Under the pieces are notes generated by a model. The model saw only the letters and a list, made by a program, of their open reading frames with translations. It was not told the origin of the DNA and ran no database searches. A stretch of 64,000 nucleotides of DNA from Ignavibacteriota bacterium (GTDB taxonomy: Bacteria > Bacteroidota > Ignavibacteria > UBA10030), in NCBI GenBank assembly GCA_963701295.1, contig OY969585.1:1696001-1760000 (forward strand), read 5' to 3'. The translations under genes and the position numbers were made by a program. Positions within the stretch are counted from its first letter, which is position 1; each line of letters begins with the position of its first letter. This document shows, piece by piece, positions 57,582-64,000 of the stretch.

Positions 57582-60569
57582 ATGAAAAAACTAACTACAA
57601 TCTTTTTGTCAATTTTCTTCCTCCTTGCTGCAAGTGCAAGTATGCTCTATGCTGGAGTAGCAGGAAAAATTTCTGGCAGGCTGATCGATAAAGCAACGCA
57701 AGAGCCATTAATAACGGCAAATGTCATCATTAAGGGAACCTCGCTAGGTGCATCAAGTGATATCGATGGAAGTTATTCGATATTAAATATTCCTCCTGGG
57801 GTCTATACTGTCAGTATATCCGTCGTTGGATATCGAAAGGTACAGATTGAAAATGTCCGTGTGAATATAGATCTTACGACTACCGTTGATGTCGCGCTTG
57901 AACCAGAAGCCGTTGAAATGGATGCTGTCGTTATTTCAGCGGAGAGACCTCTGGTGACAAAAGATATGACATCGTCTCTTTCAACCGTTACATCTGAGCA
58001 GATTCAAAATCTGCCGGTCGATAACATTGCACAAGTTCTGAGATTAAATGCGGGTATAGTCATGAGTGGAGGTCAGATTACGATTCGCGGCGGCAGGACG
58101 GGTGAAGTGGCATATTGGGTTGATGGTATTTCATCGACTGATGTCTATAATGGGACACAGGGTGTGACGGTGGAAAACTCTTCTATTCAGGAACTTCAGA
58201 TTGTAAGCGGTACCTTCAACTCTGAATACGGACAGGCAATGTCGGGTATTGTCAATATTGTCACGAAAGATGGCGGCAGCAATTATACCGGGCAGATAAA
58301 AATTTATGGAGGGAGTTACTTAAGCGGTGATGATGTGTTTAGTCTGTACAAACATCTTGTTACGGCGGAAAATCCTGTTGCCAATTCGAATGGGATTAAT
58401 ACAACACAGATCGTAAGCAGCGAAAAATATTATCCGTTGAAAAAAATAAATCCTCTTTATAGCGGAGAATTTACACTGAGCGGTCCGGTGCCTTTCTTGG
58501 AAAATAATTTAAAATTCTTTGCAAACGGTCGTTACTATTCAGACGATGGATATTTTTATGGGGCAAATTGGTACTTGCCAGATGGAGTTGCAGGTGATTC
58601 CTCTATAGTGACGATGAATCCATATCAGAATATCTCCGCCCAGGGAAAACTCACCTACAACTTAATGGGTGGCAATATACGGATGAGCTATGAGTTCTTC
58701 GGGAATAAGTGGAAGAGAGACAGGACTTACTATCCGTTTTCATCGAGCGATTTTCCTTACAATTTTAATGCTCATGATTATTTGTACGATCCGTATGGAT
58801 TGCCAAAATCCTTTGGCGATGCATACACTCACCTTTTTTCATTGAGTCATGTTTTGTCTTCATCAACCTTTTACGAACTGCGTGTCAGCAGATATCAATC
58901 AGAAATGAATCAATACGTATTTGAGAATCCAACACAAGCAGTAAGATATTTGGACAGTACAGGCACGGTCGATCCAAATGGTCCAGATGGCTATCTCCAA
59001 CCAAACAATAGTGGAGGTTATTCAGCACCCGCTTCCAACAGTTTCAATAACAAAGGTATGGATCCAACCCATACAAGCCGCAGTACGGCTTATTGGGCCG
59101 CAAAATTCGATCTTACCAGCCAGGTTAATAAATCTCACGAAATGAAATTCGGTGCAGAAGCAAGACTTCATGAACTCACATTAGATAGATATCAAATCGT
59201 GAGCGCAACGGATGCAAGCGGAACGATAATAACTCCATTTGTTCCGGCTGTGCCAAATCAAAGCAGCATTTACAGAAGTTTGTATGATAGAAAACCGCAA
59301 GAGTATTCTGCCTATGTGCAGGACAAAATGGAGTACAACCAAATCATCGTTAACATTGGATTGAGGTACGATTATTTCGATGCAAATGCATCAATGCTGA
59401 CAGATCCAACTGACCCTGATATATACTCACCAGTTAAACCTGAACACATCTATGCCGGATGGATCCCTTTACCAGACAGTTATTCCGGAACACTCGATCA
59501 ATGGATCGCAGATAACTTAGCAAACGGAACCTTCAGGGAATATACTCCCGATGAACGAAGAGCTTTTATGCAGCAAAAAGTCAGTGCCAAGATGGCTCTA
59601 AGCCCGCGGCTCGGCATTGCGTTCCCGATTACCGATAAAGGAGTTATCCATTTTTCCTATGGGCATTTCTTCCAAATTCCGCAATTCCAGTATCTCTATG
59701 CTAATCCCGATTTCAAAATCAGCAGCGGCAGCACTTCCAGTGCCACACTCTTTGGAAATCCAGATCTGAAACCTCAAAGGACTGTGATGTATGAACTTGG
59801 ATTGCAGCAACAGCTTTCTGATAACATTGGAATAGATGTGACAATGTTCTACAGAGATGTACGCGATTGGGTGGGAACAAGCAGTGTGCCAATTTCAGTA
59901 TATGGGGGAAGTGCGACGTATGCGATGTTTGTGAATAAAGACTATGAAAATGTGCGCGGAGTGACATTAAAATTCGAGAGACGAATGAGCAATAATTTTT
60001 CATTCCGTGCCGATTATACATACCAGATTGCTGATGGAACGTATTCTAATCCGACGGATGCCTTCAATGCGATATCCAGCAATCAAGCGCCAGTCTTAGC
60101 TCTCGTTCCTATGAATTGGGACCAGAGACATACTCTCAATGCGCAATTGATCTACAGTAATTCCGATTGGATTATTTCACTTATCGGCACATACTGGAGC
60201 GGACAGCCATACACGCCAAGTTTTCCCTCGAGTGAAGCGACAGGTTCCTCAGCAGTTACAGGCCTGACGACAAATAGCGAGAATATGCCAGACCAGAAAA
60301 ATATTGATTTAACAATCAGCAAAAAAATCCAAATGAGCCATTCTCTCTCTCTCGAATTTTTTATGAATATTTATAACTTACTCGATGAAAGAGATGCAAC
60401 GAATGTTTATTCCGACACAGGAAACCCGGATTACACGACAAACCCTCGGCGACTTTCGCAAGTATCATATAATTCAGATAGGGTAAGCACACCGGAAGAT
60501 AATATGAATCAACCCGCTTGGCATACTGCACCGCGCCAAATTCAACTTGGTATAACATTAGGATTCTAA
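57582..60569 (+). CDS. TonB-dependent receptor (non-SusC type)
   Basis: GKISG..ID..T.EPL; IRGGRTGEVAYWVDG; GTFNSEYGQAMSGIVN; SPRLGIAFP; GNPDLKPQRT; ends PRQIQLGITLGF. Confidence 0.93.
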   Translation: MKKLTTIFLSIFFLLAASASMLYAGVAGKISGRLIDKATQEPLITANVIIKGTSLGASSDIDGSYSILNIPPGVYTVSISVVGYRKVQIENVRVNIDLTTTVDVALEPEAVEMDAVVISAERPLVTKDMTSSLSTVTSEQIQNLPVDNIAQVLRLNAGIVMSGGQITIRGGRTGEVAYWVDGISSTDVYNGTQGVTVENSSIQELQIVSGTFNSEYGQAMSGIVNIVTKDGGSNYTGQIKIYGGSYLSGDDVFSLYKHLVTAENPVANSNGINTTQIVSSEKYYPLKKINPLYSGEFTLSGPVPFLENNLKFFANGRYYSDDGYFYGANWYLPDGVAGDSSIVTMNPYQNISAQGKLTYNLMGGNIRMSYEFFGNKWKRDRTYYPFSSSDFPYNFNAHDYLYDPYGLPKSFGDAYTHLFSLSHVLSSSTFYELRVSRYQSEMNQYVFENPTQAVRYLDSTGTVDPNGPDGYLQPNNSGGYSAPASNSFNNKGMDPTHTSRSTAYWAAKFDLTSQVNKSHEMKFGAEARLHELTLDRYQIVSATDASGTIITPFVPAVPNQSSIYRSLYDRKPQEYSAYVQDKMEYNQIIVNIGLRYDYFDANASMLTDPTDPDIYSPVKPEHIYAGWIPLPDSYSGTLDQWIADNLANGTFREYTPDERRAFMQQKVSAKMALSPRLGIAFPITDKGVIHFSYGHFFQIPQFQYLYANPDFKISSGSTSSATLFGNPDLKPQRTVMYELGLQQQLSDNIGIDVTMFYRDVRDWVGTSSVPISVYGGSATYAMFVNKDYENVRGVTLKFERRMSNNFSFRADYTYQIADGTYSNPTDAFNAISSNQAPVLALVPMNWDQRHTLNAQLIYSNSDWIISLIGTYWSGQPYTPSFPSSEATGSSAVTGLTTNSENMPDQKNIDLTISKKIQMSHSLSLEFFMNIYNLLDERDATNVYSDTGNPDYTTNPRRLSQVSYNSDRVSTPEDNMNQPAWHTAPRQIQLGITLGF

Positions 60570-60588
60570 TCGAAAATTAGGAGATAAC

Positions 60589-63500
60589 ATGAAAAATAAA
60601 TTCTTTTATTCTATTTTTGCTGTCCTTTCATGGATTGGGTTATCCAATTCAATTGTGCAAGCCCAGATGCGATACCTTCATGGAGATGATCGAGAATACC
60701 GAATCGGAATGCATTCCGGGAATCAATTCAGGACAACTTTTTTCAATGATGGAACATGGGGTGGAAATACGAGCAATACACCAGGAATGAGCATTGTAAA
60801 GACTCAAATTGCTGGTGAATGGCCTATTAATTCAGGCCACTGGTACCTTATTGATGGAGATACTTTTGTCCTTTCGGAAGTTGCTGACAATTATGATCCG
60901 CTTGAACATTATTTCTTGGCAGACTCGGGTAAAGTGGGTAGAGTTCATCACATTCAGAGCACCGTCAAAGCTGCACCTGGAGGAGGTACTGTAGGTGATC
61001 AAGATCCAAACACTAAAAAGTGGTGGACTTTCTTACCGTTACCGGGATTTGCAAATCCAAGAGATCAGATCATTGCTATGGCAAAGGGAGACCAACAATG
61101 GTATGACGATGCAAAGTCAGCGGGATCCTGGCCTCTCTTCTGGCCAGATATTAGAGATCCACAAAACCCTTACAAAATATATTCCGCCGATGGGTGGGCT
61201 GGTTCCTGGAATGGATATTTTGGCAGAAATAAATTTAATGCTGATGAAGAGAGTTACTTTGTTGCCGATGATTATGCAAAACAGAAGTTCCCTTCGTTCA
61301 GGCCGGATACAACAGATGTACTTAGAGGCGGATTAGGCATACGAATGTATGTGAGAGGATTTCAATGGGCAAAAATGCCCGTACAGGATGCTTTATTTAT
61401 CGTGAGCGATCTGCAGAATATTGGAACCTATCAGCACAATAAAGTGGTGTTCGGATATAAGATTGGCAACAACATGGGTCAAACAAACGGTGGAGCCGAT
61501 GCAGGTGATGACGGCGGCAGTTATAGTATTGTTGATAATTTATGTTGGACGTGGGATCAAAACGGTCTTGGCGCTTCAGATTGGGGACCAACTCCTGTTG
61601 GAATATCAGGCGCCGCGCTTCTGGAGACCCCGGGTAATCCTTTTGATGGAATCGATAATGATAATGATGGAAACCCAAATAGTCCCAATTATGGTATGAA
61701 AAACAAAGAAACAGGTCCCGTGACGCTACATACCGTTAATGGACCACAAACATTTTATGCTGGTTCAGGGCCGACTATTTCAACGAATACGTTTGCACCG
61801 AAGGTGCTTGGACTTAACGACCAGATCGTATTGATTGATTACAAAGACCCACATTATAAGCGAACTGTTACAACGTTCAAACAGGCTCTTCTCGCTCAGG
61901 GCAAAACATTGGCCACGGATACTCTTCTCATTCCATTTGGTGGAATCACGTACAAGTTTTGGGTTGGAGATACATTGAAAGAAATCGGCGATAATTTATT
62001 CGATGATAATTTAAATGGTATCATTGATGAAAACAGAGGAGTTACAAATCCATCGACTGGAGTAACGACCTATCTGTATCTAGACCATAAGTACATTGAC
62101 TATTTGAACCCTGATGTAACCACAAATGGATCGCTGAATCCTCTTATTGATGAACGCAGGGATGATGGTATTGATAACAATGATAATTGGGATCCTGCTA
62201 AAGATGATGTTGGCCAGGATGGTTTAGGTCCTACAGATCTCGGTTACCCGGGGCCTGATATCGGAGAAGGTGACGGGAAGCCGACACCGGGAGAACCCCA
62301 TTTTGATAAAACAGATATCAATGAAAGCGACATGATAGGGTTGACGAGCTTTAATTTGTACCTATGGGCTCAGAAAGACCAGTTTGGAGACGGGACACAG
62401 CAAGATGATGAAGGTTTTTGGAATAGGCTTGCTCCAGGCTCTTTTTATGCCTACCCCAGTGCAGACAATGTCGAATTATTATTCGGTTCCGGATATTTCC
62501 CGTTGCCCCCGGGTGATCTTGAAAGAATTTCCTATGCGTTTATTGTTGTGAGCGGCCCTGCGGGCGGTTGGAAAGGCGGTTCTGGCGAAGTTGCACCACC
62601 TGATAATTTACTTTTGGAAAAGACCAATGTGCAATCGGCTTACGATCAAAATTATAATTTTGCCAAGGCTCCTTTTATACCTGCCGTTATAGCTGTTGCA
62701 GGTGATAAGAGAGTGACTTTATTTTGGGATGATATAGCAGAATCTTCTGTTGACGCAAACAATGTTGTAAATTTTGAGGGATACAAAATTTATCGTTCCA
62801 CAGATCCTGGCTGGAATGACATGACTCCAATTACCGACGGCCATGGTAACGTGGTAATGCGCCAACCGTTAGCACAGTATGATCTTGATGATACATATTC
62901 TGGCTATATTTCTGCAACTCCAAATACAGGAGTTCGTTTTTGGTTAGGGAGTAATACCGGTCTGAGACATTTTTATATCGATACAACTGTAACGAATGGA
63001 ACTACCTATTATTATGCAGTGACGTCGTACAACTTTGGCGATGTCAATAAGGGAATCGATCCTTCTGAATGCGTTAAATACGTTGCCGTTCAATCATCTG
63101 GCGATGTCGAAAAAGGGAAGAATGTGGTTGTCGTTCGACCGGAAGCACCTGCCGCAGGATATGTCCCAGCAAATTTTAAAGATTCAAAAGTCACAGCCTT
63201 ACCTGGTAGCACGGGTACAGGAGTAGCTGGTTATAAAATTTTGGATGATACTCGAATTAAGAATAGCCATACCTATCAAATCACATTCAAAGATACAGTC
63301 ACTGGTATAGCAAAAGGTTTAGCAGAATCGACAAAGAGTTTTACACTTACCGATATCACCGTGATAGACACTCCGAAAATTTTATTAAAGGATAACTCGT
63401 TTACGGGAGACAATGGAGGACTTCCGGTGACAGATGGTTTTCAGTTATCGTTCTCCAGTAATCCTGAAAAACTGAGCTATGATTCAGCAAGTTCTGGATG

Positions 63501-64000
63501 GAGTAGATCGGGTATTCCAGCATTCGAAATGAATCCATTTGCAGTGCCCAATATGCCAGTGAAGCTTATGGCTGGTGATTTTAAAATTATCTTTAGCGAT
63601 GTAGGCGTTAGTACTTCAAAACGATTTAAACGAGCTTCTACGATGCTCCCAGCAATACCGGTGAACTTCAAAATATATAATACAACAACAAATAAAGAAG
63701 TGGATTTTGCCTTTTATGAACTCGCCTATTTATTACCCAGTGAAGTAGCAGGTGACTCTGATAATTTTAATATAAATTTTAAAAATGGTAGATCCGATCA
63801 AATAATATTCTTAAATGATGGAGATTCAGTTGCAAGTTGGCAGGTTGACTTTGTGTATCCATCTCAAGGAGGTACCAGTATGCCTGGGCCAGGAGATAGC
63901 CTAACTCTTAAACTGAATAAACCATTTCTTTCTAACGATACGTTAATTTTTACAACTCTTGCTTCAAGCATTGATAATGAAATGGCAAAAACAGATATGG
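60589..64000 (+). CDS. Large secreted receptor-partner protein with Asp-rich Ca-binding-like motifs and an FN3-like domain; truncated by the window end
   Basis: Absent from the ORF track because it has no stop in the window. AGGAG RBS, ATG 60589, MKNKFFYSIF... signal peptide; GEWP, DGIDNDNDG, DDGIDNNDNW, DDVGQDG, GDKRVTLFWD, FEGYKIYRS, YYYAVTSY. Confidence 0.85.
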   Translation, partial: MKNKFFYSIFAVLSWIGLSNSIVQAQMRYLHGDDREYRIGMHSGNQFRTTFFNDGTWGGNTSNTPGMSIVKTQIAGEWPINSGHWYLIDGDTFVLSEVADNYDPLEHYFLADSGKVGRVHHIQSTVKAAPGGGTVGDQDPNTKKWWTFLPLPGFANPRDQIIAMAKGDQQWYDDAKSAGSWPLFWPDIRDPQNPYKIYSADGWAGSWNGYFGRNKFNADEESYFVADDYAKQKFPSFRPDTTDVLRGGLGIRMYVRGFQWAKMPVQDALFIVSDLQNIGTYQHNKVVFGYKIGNNMGQTNGGADAGDDGGSYSIVDNLCWTWDQNGLGASDWGPTPVGISGAALLETPGNPFDGIDNDNDGNPNSPNYGMKNKETGPVTLHTVNGPQTFYAGSGPTISTNTFAPKVLGLNDQIVLIDYKDPHYKRTVTTFKQALLAQGKTLATDTLLIPFGGITYKFWVGDTLKEIGDNLFDDNLNGIIDENRGVTNPSTGVTTYLYLDHKYIDYLNPDVTTNGSLNPLIDERRDDGIDNNDNWDPAKDDVGQDGLGPTDLGYPGPDIGEGDGKPTPGEPHFDKTDINESDMIGLTSFNLYLWAQKDQFGDGTQQDDEGFWNRLAPGSFYAYPSADNVELLFGSGYFPLPPGDLERISYAFIVVSGPAGGWKGGSGEVAPPDNLLLEKTNVQSAYDQNYNFAKAPFIPAVIAVAGDKRVTLFWDDIAESSVDANNVVNFEGYKIYRSTDPGWNDMTPITDGHGNVVMRQPLAQYDLDDTYSGYISATPNTGVRFWLGSNTGLRHFYIDTTVTNGTTYYYAVTSYNFGDVNKGIDPSECVKYVAVQSSGDVEKGKNVVVVRPEAPAAGYVPANFKDSKVTALPGSTGTGVAGYKILDDTRIKNSHTYQITFKDTVTGIAKGLAESTKSFTLTDITVIDTPKILLKDNSFTGDNGGLPVTDGFQLSFSSNPEKLSYDSASSGWSRSGIPAFEMNPFAVPNMPVKLMAGDFKIIFSDVGVSTSKRFKRASTMLPAIPVNFKIYNTTTNKEVDFAFYELAYLLPSEVAGDSDNFNINFKNGRSDQIIFLNDGDSVASWQVDFVYPSQGGTSMPGPGDSLTLKLNKPFLSNDTLIFTTLASSIDNEMAKTDM

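Noticed and set aside
60809-63671. Several short ORFs listed near the window end
   Set aside because: They are alternate-frame shadows of the long open frame that starts at 60589.

Overview
This 64-kb window has no rRNA, tRNA, CRISPR array or intact transposase that I can see. T9SS C-terminal sorting domains (QNYPNPFNPTTTI), TonB-receptor/DUF4249 pairs and sigma70-like promoters point to an FCB-group bacterium, probably Ignavibacteria-like (inference). It has four blocks. (1) 0.4-13.6 kb: envelope genes, including YceI with a four-His membrane protein and its decayed duplicate, a TonB receptor with DUF4249, a beta-propeller, and a lipoprotein with a ZU5-like HFS motif. (2) 14.4-28.6 kb: a ten-gene redox operon, mvhD-like / metF-like / three split glutamate-synthase-like genes / hdrC / hdrB / a large HdrA with a GltD-like insert / mvhD / metV. 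(3) 28.7-36.1 kb: a second outer-membrane uptake cluster. (4) 36.7-64 kb: a LacI-controlled xylan-type locus (GH43, CE15, GH3, GPH transporter, GH30, CBM9-like, foldase, TonB receptor and a >1100-aa partner, with no SusD). A second LacI operon is inserted in it (GDP-mannose 3,5-epimerase-like, nucleotidyltransferase-GHMP kinase fusion, FucP-like permease, GH106 pseudogene). The best candidates for undescribed systems are the Hdr/MetFV/split-GltB operon with an atypical MetF, a possible Leloir-type L-galactose salvage route, and the SusD-less glycan uptake module. Five isolated +1 frameshifts in otherwise intact genes look like consensus errors. All family calls come from motif recognition by eye, not database searches.
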